Part shown: piece by piece, positions 42,301 to 58,300 of the stretch
How positions within the stretch are numbered: position 1 is the stretch's first letter
Layout of the letters: every line of letters starts with the position of its first letter
Program-made: the position numbers and the translations under genes
The notes under the pieces: model-generated
What the model saw: the letters and a program-made list of their open reading frames with translations, nothing else
Database searches by the model: none
What the model was told of the DNA's origin: nothing
Assembly: GCA_964057225.1 (NCBI GenBank)
Contig: OZ059896.1
Location: 18,972,001-19,036,000, forward strand
Length of the DNA stretch: 64,000 nucleotides
Source of the DNA: Auanema rhodensis
Taxonomy: Eukaryota > Animalia > Nematoda
Direction of reading: 5' to 3'

Positions 42301-43868
42301 TGCTTCCAAAAACATTTTGACAAAAATTTTTTCGAAAAGTTTCAAGATAATTTAGCGAAAAGTAGATGTTTTTAGATTCCTTTTTTCAAGGCAAAGACGA
42401 TGGACAATGATATTCAACGAAAAAATTAATTCTTCAGGGTGAAAATCGAGGATATAAGTGTGAACTTATATCAGTTGATATCTCGGTGCATTTTTAAGCT
42501 AGCGCAAATCTCATAACACAGATCGACGCAGCTTAAAAATCCACATCGAATGCACTATACTACATTGAGAAACGCTTAATACAAAAATTAGTTATGATCG
42601 TTTGAAAAATGATGCATTAGTGTATGTTGAGTTTCTATGTACACTCAACATTGCTTCCAAAAACATTTTGACAAAAATTTTTTCGAAAAATTTCAAAATA
42701 ATTTAGCGAAAAGTAGATGTTTTTAGATTCTTTTTTTCAAGGCAAAGACGATGGACAATGTTATTCAACGAAAAAATTAATTCTTCAGGGTGAAAATCGA
42801 TGATATAAGTGTGAACTTATATCAGTTGATATCTCGGTGCATTTTTAAGCTAGCGCAAATCTGATAACACAGATCGATGCAGCTTAAAAATCCGCATCGA
42901 ATGCACTATACTACATTGAGAAACGCTTAATACAAAAATTAGTTATGATCGTTTGAAAAATGATGCATTAGTGTATGTTGAGTTTCCATGTACACTCAAC
43001 ATTGCTTCCAAAAACATTTTGACAAAAATTTTTTCGAAAAATTTCAAAATAATTTAGCAAAAAGTAGATGTTTTCAGATTCCTTTTTTCAAGGCAAAGAC
43101 GATGGACAATGTTATTCAACGAAAAAATTAATTCTTCAGGGTGAAAATCGAGGATATAAGTGTGAACTTATATCAGTTGATATCTCGGTGCATTTTTAAG
43201 CTAGCGCAAATCTCATAACACAGATCGACGCAGCTTAAAAATCCGCATCGAATGCACTATACTACATTGAGAAACGCTTAATACGAAAATTAGTTATGAT
43301 CGTTTGAAAAATGATGCATTAGTGTATGTTGAGTTTCCATGTACACTCAACATTGCTTCCAAAAACATTTTGACAAAAATTTTTTCGAAAAGTTTCAAGA
43401 TAATTTAGCGAAAAGTAGATGTTTTTAGATTCCTTTTTTCAAGGCAAAGACGATGGACAATGATATTCAACGAAAAAATTAATTCTTCAGGGTGAAAATC
43501 GAGGATATAAGTGTGAACTTATATCAGTTGATATCTCGGTGCATTTTTAAGCTAGCGCAAATCTCATAACACAGATCGACGCAGCTTAAAAATCCGCATC
43601 GAATGCACTATACTACATTGAGAAACGCTTAATACAAAAATTAGTTATGATCGTTTGAAAAATGATGCATTAGTGTATGTTGAGTTTCCATGTACACTCA
43701 ACATTGCTTCCAAAAACATTTTGACAAAAATTTTTTCGAAAATTTTCAGAATAATTTAGCAAAAAGTAGATGTTTTCAGATTCCTTTTTTCAAGGCAAAG
43801 ACGATGGACAATGTTATTTAACGAAAAAATTAATTCTTCAGGGTGAAAATCGAGGATATAAGTGTGAA
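33339..43868. repeat. Higher-order repeat, 15-mer (5265 bp) x2 with nested 2-mer and 3-mer duplications
   Basis: Markers exactly 5265 apart: CAATTTG 33891/39156 and 34593/39858, TAAATGTG 34736/40001, GAAACATT 35669/40934, CCACAT 37278/42543. Confidence 0.88.
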
Positions 43869-46800
43869 CTTATATCAGTTGATATCTCGGTGCATTTTTA
43901 AGCTAGCGCAAATCTGATAACACAGATCGACGCAGCTTAAAAATCCGCATCGAATGCACTATACTACATTGAGAAACGCTTAATACAAAAATTAGTTATG
44001 ATCGTTTGAAAAATGATGCATTAGTGTATGTTGAGTTTCCATGTACACTCAACATTGCTTCCAAAAACATTTTGACAAAAATTTTTTCGAAAAGTTTCAA
44101 GATAATTTAGCGAAAAGTAGATGTTTTTAGATTCCTTTTTTCAAGGCAAAGACGATGGACAATGATATTCAACGAAAAAATTAATTCTTCAGGGTGAAAA
44201 TCGAGGATATAAGTGTGAACTTATATCAGTTGATATCTCGGTGCAATTTTAAGCTAGCGCAAATCTCATAACACAGATCGACGCAGCTTAAAAATCCACA
44301 TCGAATGCACTATACTACATTGAGAAACGCTTAATACAAAAATTAGTTATGATCGTTTGAAAAATGATGCATTAGTGTATGTTGAGTTTCTATGTACACT
44401 CAACATTGCTTCCAAAAACATTTTGACAAAAATTTTTTCGAAAAATTTCAAAATAATTTAGCGAAAAGTAGATGTTTTCAGATTCCTTTTTTCAAGGCAA
44501 AGACGATGGACAATGTTATTTAACGAAAAAATTAATTCTTCAGGGTGAAAATCGAGGATATAAGTGTGAACTTATATCAGTTGATATCTCGGTGCATTTT
44601 TAAGCTAGCGCAAATCTGATAACACAGATCGATGCAGCTTAAAAATCCGCATCGAATGCACTATACTACATTGAGAAACGCTTAATACAAAAATTAGTTA
44701 TGATCGTTTGAAAAATGATGCATTAGTGTATGTTGAGTTTCCATGTACACTCAACATTGCTTCCAAAAACATTTTGACAAAAATTTTTTCGAAAAATTTC
44801 AAAATAATTTAGCAAAAAGTAGATGTTTTCAGATTCCTTTTTTCAAGGCAAAGACGATGGACAATGTTATTCAACGAAAAAATTAATTCTTCAGGGTGAA
44901 AATCGAGGATATAAGTGTGAACTTATATCAGTTGATATCTCGGTGCATTTTTAAGCTAGCGCAAATCTCATAACACAGATCGACGCAGCTTAAAAATCCG
45001 CATCGAATGCACTATACTACATTGAGAAACGCTTAATACGAAAATTAGTTATGATCGTTTGAAAAATGATGCATTAGTGTATGTTGAGTTTCCATGTACA
45101 CTCAACATTGCTTCCAAAAACATTTTGACAAAAATTTTTTCGAAAAGTTTCAAGATAATTTAGCGAAAAGTAGATGTTTTTAGATTCCTTTTTTCAAGGC
45201 AAAGACGATGGACAATGATATTCAACGAAAAAATTAATTCTTCAGGGTGAAAATCGAGGATATAAGTGTGAACTTATATCAGTTGATATCTCGGTGCATT
45301 TTTAAGCTAGCGCAAATCTCATAACACAGATCGACGCAGCTTAAAAATCCGCATCGAATGCACTATACTACATTGAGAAACGCTTAATACAAAAATTAGT
45401 TATGATCGTTTGAAAAATGATGCATTAGTGTATGTTGAGTTTCCATGTACACTCAACATTGCTTCCAAAAACATTTTGACAAAAATTTTTTCGAAAATTT
45501 TCAGAATAATTTAGCAAAAAGTAGATGTTTTCAGATTCCTTTTTTCAAGGCAAAGACGATGGACAATGTTATTTAACGAAAAAATTAATTCTTCAGGGTG
45601 AAAATCGAGGATATAAGTGTGAACTTATATCAGTTGATATCTCGGTGCATTTTTAAGCTAGCGCAAATCTGATAACACAGATCGACGCAGCTTAAAAATC
45701 CGCATCGAATGCACTATACTACATTGAGAAACGCTTAATACAAAAATTAGTTATGATCGTTTGAAAAATGATGCATTAGTGTATGTTGAGTTTCCATGTA
45801 CACTCAACATTGCTTCCAAAAACATTTTGACAAAAATTTTTTCGAAAAGTTTCAAGATAATTTAGCGAAAAGTAGATGTTTTTAGATTCCTTTTTTCAAG
45901 GCAAAGACGATGGACAATGATATTCAACGAAAAAATTAATTCTTCAGGGTGAAAATCGAGGATATAAGTGTGAACTTATATCAGTTGATATCTCGGTGCA
46001 TTTTTAAGCTAGCGCAAATCTGATAACACAGATCGATGCAGCTTAAAAATCCGCATCGAATGCACTATACTACATTGAGAAACGCTTAATACAAAAATTA
46101 GTTATGATCGTTTGAAAAATGATGCATTAGTGTATGTTGAGTTTCCATGTACACTCAACATTGCTTCCAAAAACATTTTGACAAAAATTTTTTCGAAAAG
46201 TTTCAAGATAATTTAGCGAAAAGTAGATGTTTTTAGATTCCTTTTTTCAAGGCAAAGACGATGGACAATGATATTCAACGAAAAAATTAATTCTTCAGGG
46301 TGAAAATCGAGGATATAAGTGTGAACTTATATCAGTTGATATCTCGGTGCATTTTTAAGCTAGCGCAAATCTCATAACACAGATCGACGCAGCTTAAAAA
46401 TCCGCATCGAATGCACTATACTACATTGAGAAACGCTTAATACAAAAATTAGTTATGATCGTTTGAAAAATGATGCATTAGTGTATGTTGAGTTTCCATG
46501 TACACTCAACATTGCTTCCAAAAACATTTTGACAAAAATTTTTTCGAAAATTTTCAGAATAATTTAGCAAAAAGTAGATGTTTTCAGATTCCTTTTTTCA
46601 AGGCAAAGACGATGGACAATGTTATTTAACGAAAAAATTAATTCTTCAGGGTGAAAATCGAGGATATAAGTGTGAACTTATATCAGTTGATATCTCGGTG
46701 CATTTTTAAGCTAGCGCAAATCTGATAACACAGATCGACGCAGCTTAAAAATCCGCATCGAATGCACTATACTACATTGAGAAACGCTTAATACAAAAAT

Positions 46801-49800
46801 TAGTTATGATCGTTTGAAAAATGATGCATTAGTGTATGTTGAGTTTCCATGTACACTCAACATTGCTTCCAAAAACATTTTGACAAAAATTTTTTCGAAA
46901 ATTTTCAGAATAATTTAGCAAAAAGTAGATGTTTTCAGATTCCTTTTTTCAAGGCAAAGACGATGGACAATGTTATTTAACGAAAAAATTAATTCTTCAG
47001 GGTGAAAATCGAGGATATAAGTGTGAACTTATATCAGTTGATATCTCGGTGCATTTTTAAGCTAGCGCAAATCTGATAACACAGATCGACGCAGCTTAAA
47101 AATCCGCATCGAATGCACTATACTACATTGAGAAACGCTTAATACAAAAATTAGTTATGATCGTTTGAAAAATGATGCATTAGTGTATGTTGAGTTTCCA
47201 TGTACACTCAACATTGCTTCCAAAAACATTTTGACAAAAATTTTTTCGAAAAGTTTCAAGATAATTTAGCGAAAAGTAGATGTTTTTAGATTCCTTTTTT
47301 CAAGGCAAAGACGATGGACAATGATATTCAACGAAAAAATTAATTCTTCAGGGTGAAAATCGAGGATATAAGTGTGAACTTATATCAGTTGATATCTCGG
47401 TGCATTTTTAAGCTAGCGCAAATCTGATAACACAGATCGATGCAGCTTAAAAATCCGCATCGAATGCACTATACTACATTGAGAAACGCTTAATACAAAA
47501 ATTAGTTATGATCGTTTGAAAAATGATGCATTAGTGTATGTTGAGTTTCCATGTACACTCAACATTGCTTCCAAAAACATTTTGACAAAAATTTTTTCGA
47601 AAAGTTTCAAGATAATTTAGCGAAAAGTAGATGTTTTTAGATTCCTTTTTTCAAGGCAAAGACGATGGACAATGATATTCAACGAAAAAATTAATTCTTC
47701 AGGGTGAAAATCGAGGATATAAGTGTGAACTTATATCAGTTGATATCTCGGTGCATTTTTAAGCTAGCGCAAATCTCATAACACAGATCGACGCAGCTTA
47801 AAAATCCGCATCGAATGCACTATACTACATTGAGAAACGCTTAATACAAAAATTAGTTATGATCGTTTGAAAAATGATGCATTAGTGTATGTTGAGTTTC
47901 CATGTACACTCAACATTGCTTCCAAAAACATTTTGACAAAAATTTTTTCGAAAATTTTCAGAATAATTTAGCAAAAAGTAGATGTTTTCAGATTCCTTTT
48001 TTCAAGGCAAAGACGATGGACAATGTTATTTAACGAAAAAATTAATTCTTCAGGGTGAAAATCGAGGATATAAGTGTGAACTTATATCAGTTGATATCTC
48101 GGTGCATTTTTAAGCTAGCGCAAATCTGATAACACAGATCGACGCAGCTTAAAAATCCGCATCGAATGCACTATACTACATTGAGAAACGCTTAATACAA
48201 AAATTAGTTATGATCGTTTGAAAAATGATGCATTAGTGTATGTTGAGTTTCCATGTACACTCAACATTGCTTCCAAAAACATTTTGACAAAAATTTTTTC
48301 GAAAATTTTCAGAATAATTTAGCAAAAAGTAGATGTTTTCAGATTCCTTTTTTCAAGGCAAAGACGATGGACAATGTTATTTAACGAAAAAATTAATTCT
48401 TCAGGGTGAAAATCGAGGATATAAGTGTGAACTTATATCAGTTGATATCTCGGTGCATTTTTAAGCTAGCGCAAATCTGATAACACAGATCGACGCAGCT
48501 TAAAAATCCGCATCGAATGCACTATACTACATTGAGAAACGCTTAATACAAAAATTAGTTATGATCGTTTGAAAAATGATGCATTAGTGTATGTTGAGTT
48601 TCCATGTACACTCAACATTGCTTCCAAAAACATTTTGACAAAAATTTTTTCGAAAATTTTCAGAATAATTTAGCGAAAAGTAGATGTTTTCAGATTCCTT
48701 TTTTCAAGGCAAAGACGATGGACAATGTTATTCAACGAAAAAATTAATTCTTCAGGGTGAAAATCGATGATATAAGTGTGAACTTATATCAGTTGATATC
48801 TCGGTGCATTTTTAAGCTAGCGCAAATCTGATAACACAGATCGATGCAGCTTAAAAATCCGCATCGAATGCACTATACTACATTGAGAAACGCTTAATAC
48901 AAAAATTAGTTATGATCGTTTGAAAAATGATGCATTAGTGTATGTTGAGTTTCCATGTACACTCAACATTGCTTCCAAAAACATTTTGACAAAAATTTTT
49001 TCGAAAATTTTCAGAATAATTTAGCAAAAAGTAGATGTTTTCAGATTCCTTTTTTCAAGGCAAAGACGATGGACAATGTTATTCAACGAAAAAATTAATT
49101 CTTCAGGGTGAAAATCGAGGATATAAGTGTGAACTTATATCAGTTGATATCTCGGTGCAATTTTAAGCTAGCGCAAATCTGATAACACAGATCGATGCAG
49201 CTTAAAAATCCGCATCGAATGCACTATACTACATTGAGAAACGCTTAATACAAAAATTAGTTATGATCGTTTGAAAAATGATGCATTAGTGTATGTTGAG
49301 TTTCCATGTACACTCAACATTGCTTCCAAAAACATTTTGACAAAAATTTTTTCGAAAAGTTTCAAGATAATTTAGCGAAAAGTAGATGTTTTTAGATTCC
49401 TTTTTTCAAGGCAAAGACGATGGACAATGATATTCAACGAAAAAATTAATTCTTCAGGGTGAAAATCGAGGATATAAGTGTGAACTTATATCAGTTGATA
49501 TCTCGGTGCATTTTTAAGCTAGCGCAAATCTCATAACACAGATCGACGCAGCTTAAAAATCCGCATCGAATGCACTATACTACATTGAGAAACGCTTAAT
49601 ACAAAAATTAGTTATGATCGTTTGAAAAATGATGCATTAGTGTATGTTGAGTTTCCATGTACACTCAACATTGCTTCCAAAAACATTTTGACAAAAATTT
49701 TTTCGAAAATTTTCATAATAATTTAGCAAAAAGTAGATGTTTTCAGATTCCTTTTTTCAAGGCAAAGACGATGGACAATGTTATTTAACGAAAAAATTAA

Positions 49801-51941
49801 TTCTTCAGGGTGAAAATCGAGGATATAAGTGTGAACTTATATCAGTTGATATCTCGGTGCATTTTTAAGCTAGCGCAAATCTGATAACACAGATCGACGC
49901 AGCTTAAAAATCCGCATCGAATGCACTATACTACATTGAGAAACGCTTAATACAAAAATTAGTTATGATCGTTTGAAAAATGATGCATTAGTGTATGTTG
50001 AGTTTCCATGTACACTCAACATTGCTTCCAAAAACATTTTGACAAAAATTTTTTCGAAAATTTTCAGAATAATTTAGCGAAAAGTAGATGTTTTCAGATT
50101 CCTTTTTTCAAGGCAAAGACGATGGACAATGTTATTCAACGAAAAAATTAATTCTTCAGGGTGAAAATCGATGATATAAGTGTGAACTTATATCAGTTGA
50201 TATCTCGGTGCATTTTTAAGCTAGCGCAAATCTGATAACACAGATCGATGCAGCTTAAAAATACGCATCGAATGCACTATACTACATTGAGAAACGCTTA
50301 ATACAAAAATTAGTTATGATCGTTTGAAAAATGATGCATTAGTGTATGTTGAGTTTCCATGTACACTCAACATTGCTTCCAAAAACATTTTGACAAAAAT
50401 TTTTTCGAAAATTTTCAGAATAATTTAGCAAAAAGTAGATGTTTTCAGATTCCTTTTTTCAAGGCAAAGACGATGGACAATGTTATTCAACGAAAAAATT
50501 AATTCTTCAGGGTGAAAATCGAGGATATAAGTGTGAACTTATATCAGTTGATATCTCGGTGCAATTTTAAGCTAGCGCAAATCTGATAACACAGATCGAT
50601 GCAGCTTAAAAATCCGCATCGAATGCACTATACTACATTGAGAAACGCTTAATACAAAAATTAGTTATGATCGTTTGAAAAATGATGCATTAGTGTATGT
50701 TGAGTTTCCATGTACACTCAACATTGCTTCCAAAAACATTTTGACAAAAATTTTTTCGAAAAGTTTCAAGATAATTTAGCGAAAAGTAGATGTTTTTAGA
50801 TTCCTTTTTTCAAGGCAAAGACGATGGACAATGATATTCAACGAAAAAATTAATTCTTCAGGGTGAAAATCGAGGATATAAGTGTGAACTTATATCAGTT
50901 GATATCTCGGTGCATTTTTAAGCTAGCGCAAATCTGATAACACAGATCGATGCAGCTTAAATATCCGCATCGAATGCACTATACTACATTGAGAAACGCT
51001 TAATACAAAAATTAGTTATGATCGTTTGAAAAATGATGCATTAGTGTATGTTGAGTTTCCATGTACACTCAACATTGCTTCCAAAAACATTTTGACAAAA
51101 ATTTTTTCGAAAAGTTTCAAGATAATTTAGCGAAAAGTAGATGTTTTTAGATTCCTTTTTTCAAGGCAAAGACGATGGACAATGATATTCAACGAAAAAA
51201 TTAATTCTTCAGGGTGAAAATCGAGGATATAAGTGTGAACTTATATCAGTTGATATCTCGGTGCATTTTTAAGCTAGCGCAAATCTCATAACACAGATCG
51301 ACGCAGCTTAAAAATCCGCATCGAATGCACTATACTACATTGAGAAACGCTTAATACAAAAATTAGTTATGATCGTTTGAAAAATGATGCATTAGTGTAT
51401 GTTGAGTTTCCATGTACACTCAACATTGCTTCCAAAAACATTTTGACAAAAATTTTTTCGAAAATTTTCAGAATAATTTAGCAAAAAGTAGATGTTTTCA
51501 GATTCCTTTTTTCAAGGCAAAGACGATGGACAATGTTATTTAACGAAAAAATTAATTCTTCAGGGTGAAAATCGAGGATATAAGTGTGAACTTATATCAG
51601 TTGATATCTCGGTGCATTTTTAAGCTAGCGCAAATCTGATAACACAGATCGACGCAGCTTAAAAATCCGCATCGAATGCACTATACTACATTGAGAAACG
51701 CTTAATACAAAAATTAGTTATGATCGTTTGAAAAATGATGCATTAGTGTATGTTGAGTTTCCATGTACACTCAACATTGCTTCCAAAAACATTTTGACAA
51801 AAATTTTTTCGAAAATTTTCAGAATAATTTAGCTAAAAGTAGATGTTTTCAGATTCCTTTTTTCAAGGCAAAGACGATGGACAATGTTATTCAACGAAAA
51901 AATTAATTCTTCAGGGTGAAAATCGATGATATAAGTGTGAA

Positions 51942-54900
51942 CTTATATCAGTTGATATCTCGGTGCATTTTTAAGCTAGCGCAAATCTGATAACACAGAT
52001 CGATGCAGCTTAAAAATCCGCATCGAATGCACTATACTACATTGAGAAACGCTTAATACAAAAATTAGTTATGATCGTTTGAAAAATGATGCATTAGTGT
52101 ATGTTGAGTTTCCATGTACACTCAACATTGCTTCCAAAAACATTTTGACAAAACTTTTTTCGAAAAGTTTCAAGATAATTTAGCGAAAAGTAGATGTTTT
52201 TAGATTCCTTTGTTCAAGGCAAAGACGATGGACAATGATATTCAACGAAAAAATTAATTCTTCAGGGTGAAAATCGAGGATATAAGTGTGAACTTATATC
52301 AGTTGATATCTCGGTGCATTTTTAAGCTAGCGCAAATCTGATAACACAGATCGATGCAGCTTAAAAATCCGCATCGAATGCACTATACTACATTGAGAAA
52401 CGCTTAATACAAAAATTAGTTATGATCGTTTGAAAAATGATGCATTAGTGTATGTTGAGTTTCCATGTACACTCAACATTGCTTCCAAAAACATTTTGAC
52501 AAAAATTTTTTCGAAAATTTTCAGAATAATTTAGCAAAAAGTAGATGTTTTCAGATTCCTTTTTTCAAGGCAAAGACGATGGACAATGTTATTCAACGAA
52601 AAAATTAATTCTTCAGGGTGAAAATCGAGGATATGAGTGTGAACTTATATCAGTTGATATCTCGGTGCATTTTTAAGCTAGCGCAAATCTGATAACACAG
52701 ATCGACGCAGCTTAAAAATCCGCATCGAATGCACTATACTACATTGAGAAACGCTTAATACGAAAATTAGTTATGATCGTTTGAAAAATGATGCATTAGT
52801 GTATGTTGAGTTTCCATGTACACTCAACATTGCTTCCAAAAACATTTTGACAAAAATTTTTTCGAAAAGTTTCAAGATAATTTAGCGAGAAGTAGATGTT
52901 TTTAGATTCCTTTTTTCAAGGCAAAGACGATGGACAATGATATTCAACGAAAAAATTAATTCTTCAGGGTGAAAATCGAGGATATAAGTGTGAACTTATA
53001 TCAGTTGATATCTCGGTGCATTTTTAAGCTAGCGCAAATCAGATAACACAGATCGATGCAGCTTAAAAATCCGCATCGAATGCACTATACTACATTGAGA
53101 AACGCTTAATACAAAAATTAGTTATGATCGTTTGAAAAATGATGCATTAGTGTATGTTGAGTTTCCATGTACACTCAACATTGCTTCCAAAAACATTTTG
53201 ACAAAAATTTTTTCGAAAATTTTCAGAATAATTTAGCGAAAAGTAGATGTTTTCAGATTCCTTTTTTCAAGGCAAAGACGATGGACAATGTTATTCAACG
53301 AAAAAATTAATTCTTCAGGGTGAAAATCGATGATATAAGTGTGAACTTATATCAGTTGATATCTCGGTGCATTTTTAAGCTAGCGCAAATCTGATAACAC
53401 AGATCGATGCAGCTTAAAAATCCGCATCGAATGCACTATACTACATTGAGAAACGCTTAATACAAAAATTAGTTATGATCGTTTGAAAAATGATGCATTA
53501 GTGTATGTTGAGTTTCCATGTACACTCAACATTGCTTCCAAAAACATTTTGACAAAAATTTTTTCGAAAATTTTCAGAATAATTTAGCGAAAAGTAGATG
53601 TTTTCAGATTCCTTTTTTCAAGGCAAAGACGATGGACAATGTTATTCAACGAAAAAATTAATTCTTCAGGGTGAAAATCGATGATATAAGTGTGAACTTA
53701 TATCAGTTGATATCTCGGTGCATTTTTAAGCTAGCGCAAATCTGATAACACAGATCGATGCAGCTTAAAAATCCGCATCGAATGCACTATACTACATTGA
53801 GAAACGCTTAATACAAAAATTAGTTATGATCGTTTGAAAAATGATGCATTAGTGTATGTTGAGTTTCCATGTACACTCAACATTGCTTCCAAAAACATTT
53901 TGACAAAACTTTTTTCGAAAAGTTTCAAGATAATTTAGCGAAAAGTAGATGTTTTTAGATTCCTTTGTTCAAGGCAAAGACGATGGACAATGATATTCAA
54001 CGAAAAAATTAATTCTTCAGGGTGAAAATCGAGGATATAAGTGTGAACTTATATCAGTTGATATCTCGGTGCATTTTTAAGCTAGCGCAAATCTGATAAC
54101 ACAGATCGATGCAGCTTAAAAATCCGCATCGAATGCACTATACTACATTGAGAAACGCTTAATACAAAAATTAGTTATGATCGTTTGAAAAATGATGCAT
54201 TAGTGTATGTTGAGTTTCCATGTACACTCAACATTGCTTCCAAAAACATTTTGACAAAAATTTTTTCGAAAATTTTCAGAATAATTTAGCAAAAAGTAGA
54301 TGTTTTCAGATTCCTTTTTTCAAGGCAAAGACGATGGACAATGTTATTCAACGAAAAAATTAATTCTTCAGGGTGAAAATCGAGGATATGAGTGTGAACT
54401 TATATCAGTTGATATCTCGGTGCATTTTTAAGCTAGCGCAAATCTGATAACACAGATCGACGCAGCTTAAAAATCCGCATCGAATGCACTATACTACATT
54501 GAGAAACGCTTAATACGAAAATTAGTTATGATCGTTTGAAAAATGATGCATTAGTGTATGTTGAGTTTCCATGTACACTCAACATTGCTTCCAAAAACAT
54601 TTTGACAAAAATTTTTTCGAAAAGTTTCAAGATAATTTAGCGAGAAGTAGATGTTTTTAGATTCCTTTTTTCAAGGCAAAGACGATGGACAATGATATTC
54701 AACGAAAAAATTAATTCTTCAGGGTGAAAATCGAGGATATAAGTGTGAACTTATATCAGTTGATATCTCGGTGCATTTTTAAGCTAGCGCAAATCAGATA
54801 ACACAGATCGATGCAGCTTAAAAATCCGCATCGAATGCACTATACTACATTGAGAAACGCTTAATACAAAAATTAGTTATGATCGTTTGAAAAATGATGC

Positions 54901-55300
54901 ATTAGTGTATGTTGAGTTTCCATGTACACTCAACATTGCTTCCAAAAACATTTTGACAAAAATTTTTTCGAAAATTTTCAGAATAATTTAGCGAAAAGTA
55001 GATGTTTTCAGATTCCTTTTTTCAAGGCAAAGACGATGGACAATGTTATTCAACGAAAAAATTAATTCTTCAGGGTGAAAATCGATGATATAAGTGTGAA
55101 CTTATATCAGTTGATATCTCGGTGCATTTTTAAGCTAGCGCAAATCTGATAACACAGATCGATGCAGCTTAAAAATCCGCATCGAATGCACTATACTACA
55201 TTGAGAAACGCTTAATACAAAAATTAGTTATGATCGTTTGAAAAATGATGCATTAGTGTATGTTGAGTTTCCATGTACACTCAACATTGCTTCCAAAAAC
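51942..55300. repeat. Higher-order repeat, 5-mer (1755 bp) x2
   Basis: Four private variants each 1755 apart: TTTGTT 52212/53967, ATATGAG 52635/54390, GCGAGAAG 52889/54644, AATCAGAT 53041/54796. The end coordinate is approximate. Confidence 0.88.
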
Positions 55301-58300
55301 ATTTTGACAAAAATTTTTTCGAAAAGTTTCAAGATAATTTAGCGAAAAGTAGATGTTTTTAGATTCCTTTTTTCAAGGCAAAGACGATGGACAATGATAT
55401 TCAACGAAAAAATTAATTCTTCAGGGTGAAAATCGAGGATATAAGTGTGAACTTATATCAGTTGATATCTCGGTGCATTTTTAAGCTAGCGCAAATCTGA
55501 TAACACAGATCGATGCAGCTTAAAAATCCGCATCGAATGCACTATACTACATTGAGAAACGCTTAATACAAAAATTAGTTATGATCGTTTGAAAAATGAT
55601 GCATTAGTGTATGTTGAGTTTCCATGTACACTCAACATTGCTTCCAAAAACATTTTGACAAAAATTTTTTCGAAAAGTTTCAAGATAATTTAGCGAAAAG
55701 TAGATGTTTTTAGATTCCTTCTTTCAAGGCAAAGACGATGGACAATGATATTCAACGAAAAAATTAATTCTTCAGGGTGAAAATCGATGATATAAGTGTG
55801 AACTTATATCAGTTGATATCTCGGTGCATTTTTAAGCTAGCGCAAATCTGATAACACAGATCGATGCAGCTTAAAAATCCGCATCGAATGCACTATACTA
55901 CATTGAGAAACGCTTAATACAAAAATTAGTTATGATCGTTTGAAAAATGATGCATTAGTGTATGTTGAGTTTCCATGTACACTCAACATTGCTTCCAAAA
56001 ACATTTTGACAAAAATTTTTTCGAAAATTTTCAGAATAATTTAGCAAAAAGTAGATGTTTTCAGATTTCTTTTTTCAAGGCAAAGACGATGGACAATGTT
56101 ATTCAACGAAAAAATTAATTCTTCAGGGTGAAAATCGAGGATATAAGTGTGAACTTATATCAGTTGATATCTCGGTGCATTTTTAAGCTAGCGCAAATCT
56201 GATAACACAGATCGATGCAGCTTAAAAATCCGCATCGAATGCACTATACTACATTGAGAAACGCTTAATACAAAAATTAGTTATGATCGTTTGAAAAATG
56301 ATGCATTAGTGTATGTTGAGTTTCCATGTACACTCAACATTGCTTCCAAAAACATTTTGACAAAAATTTTTTCGAAAAGTTTCAAGATAATTTAGCGAAA
56401 AGTAGATGTTTTTAGATTCCTTTTTTCAAGGCAAAGACGATGGACAATGATATTCAACGAAAAAATTAATTCTTCAGGGTGAAAATCGAGGATATAAGTG
56501 TGAACTTATATCAGTTGATATCTCGGTGCATTTTTAAGCTAGCGCAAATCTGATAACACAGATCGATGCAGCTTAAAAATCCGCATCGAATGCACTATAC
56601 TACATTGAGAAACGCTTAATACAAAAATTAGTTATGATCGTTTGAAAAATGATGCATTAGTGTATGTTGAGTTTCCATGTACACTCAACATTGCTTCCAA
56701 AAACATTTTGACAAAAATTTTTTCGAAAAGTTTCAAGATAATTTAGCGAAAAGTAGATGTTTTTAGATTCCTTCTTTCAAGGCAAAGACGATGGACAATG
56801 ATATTCAACGAAAAAATTAATTCTTCAGGGTGAAAATCGATGATATAAGTGTGAACTTATATCAGTTGATATCTCGGTGCATTTTTAAGCTAGCGCAAAT
56901 CTGATAACACAGATCGATGCAGCTTAAAAATCCGCATCGAATGCACTATACTACATTGAGAAACGCTTAATACAAAAATTAGTTATGATCGTTTGAAAAA
57001 TGATGCATTAGTGTATGTTGAGTTTCCATGTACACTCAACATTGCTTCCAAAAACATTTTGACAAAAATTTTTTCGAAAATTTTCAGAATAATTTAGCAA
57101 AAAGTAGATGTTTTCAGATTTCTTTTTTCAAGGCAAAGACGATGGACAATGTTATTCAACGAAAAAATTAATTCTTCAGGGTGAAAATCGAGGATATAAG
57201 TGTGAACTTATATCAGTTGATATCTCGGTGCATTTTTAAGCTAGCGCAAATCTGATAACACAGATCGATGCAGCTTAAAAATCCGCATCGAATGCACTAT
57301 ACTACATTGAGAAACGCTTAATACAAAAATTAGTTATGATCGTTTGAAAAATGATGCATTAGTGTATGTTGAGTTTCCATGTACACTCAACATTGCTTCC
57401 AAAAACATTTTGACAAAAATTTTTTCGAAAATTTTCAGAATAATTTAGCAAAAAGTAGATGTTTTCAGATTCCTTTTTTCAAGGCAAAGACGATGGACAA
57501 TGTTATTCAACGAAAAAATTAATTCTTCAGGGTGAAAATCGAGGATATAAGTGTGAACTTATATCAGTTGATATCTCGGTGCATTTTTAAGCTAGCGCAA
57601 ATCTGATAACACAGATCGATGCAGCTTAAAAATCCGCATCGAATGCACTATACTACATTGAGAAACGCTTAATACAAAAATTAGTTATGATCGTTTGAAA
57701 AATGATGCATTAGTGTATGTTGAGTTTCCATGTACACTCAACATTGCTTCCAAAAACATTTTGACAAAAATTTTTTCGAAAAGTTTCAAGATAATTTAGC
57801 GAAAAGTAGATGTTTTTAGATTCCTTTTTTCAAGGCAAAGACGATGGACAATGATATTCAACGAAAAAATTAATTCTTCAGGGTGAAAATCGAGGATATA
57901 AGTGTGAACTTATATCAGTTGATATCTCGGTGCATTTTTAAGCTAGCGCAAATCTGATAACACAGATCGATGCAGCTTAAAAATCCGCATCGAATGCACT
58001 ATACTACATTGAGAAACGCTTAATACAAAAATTAGTTATGATCGTTTGAAAAATGATGCATTAGTGTATGTTGAGTTTCCATGTACACTCAACATTGCTT
58101 CCAAAAACATTTTGACAAAAATTTTTTCGAAAAGTTTCAAGATAATTTAGCGAAAAGTAGATGTTTTTAGATTCCTTCTTTCAAGGCAAAGACGATGGAC
58201 AATGATATTCAACGAAAAAATTAATTCTTCAGGGTGAAAATCGATGATATAAGTGTGAACTTATATCAGTTGATATCTCAGTGCATTTTTAAGCTAGCGC

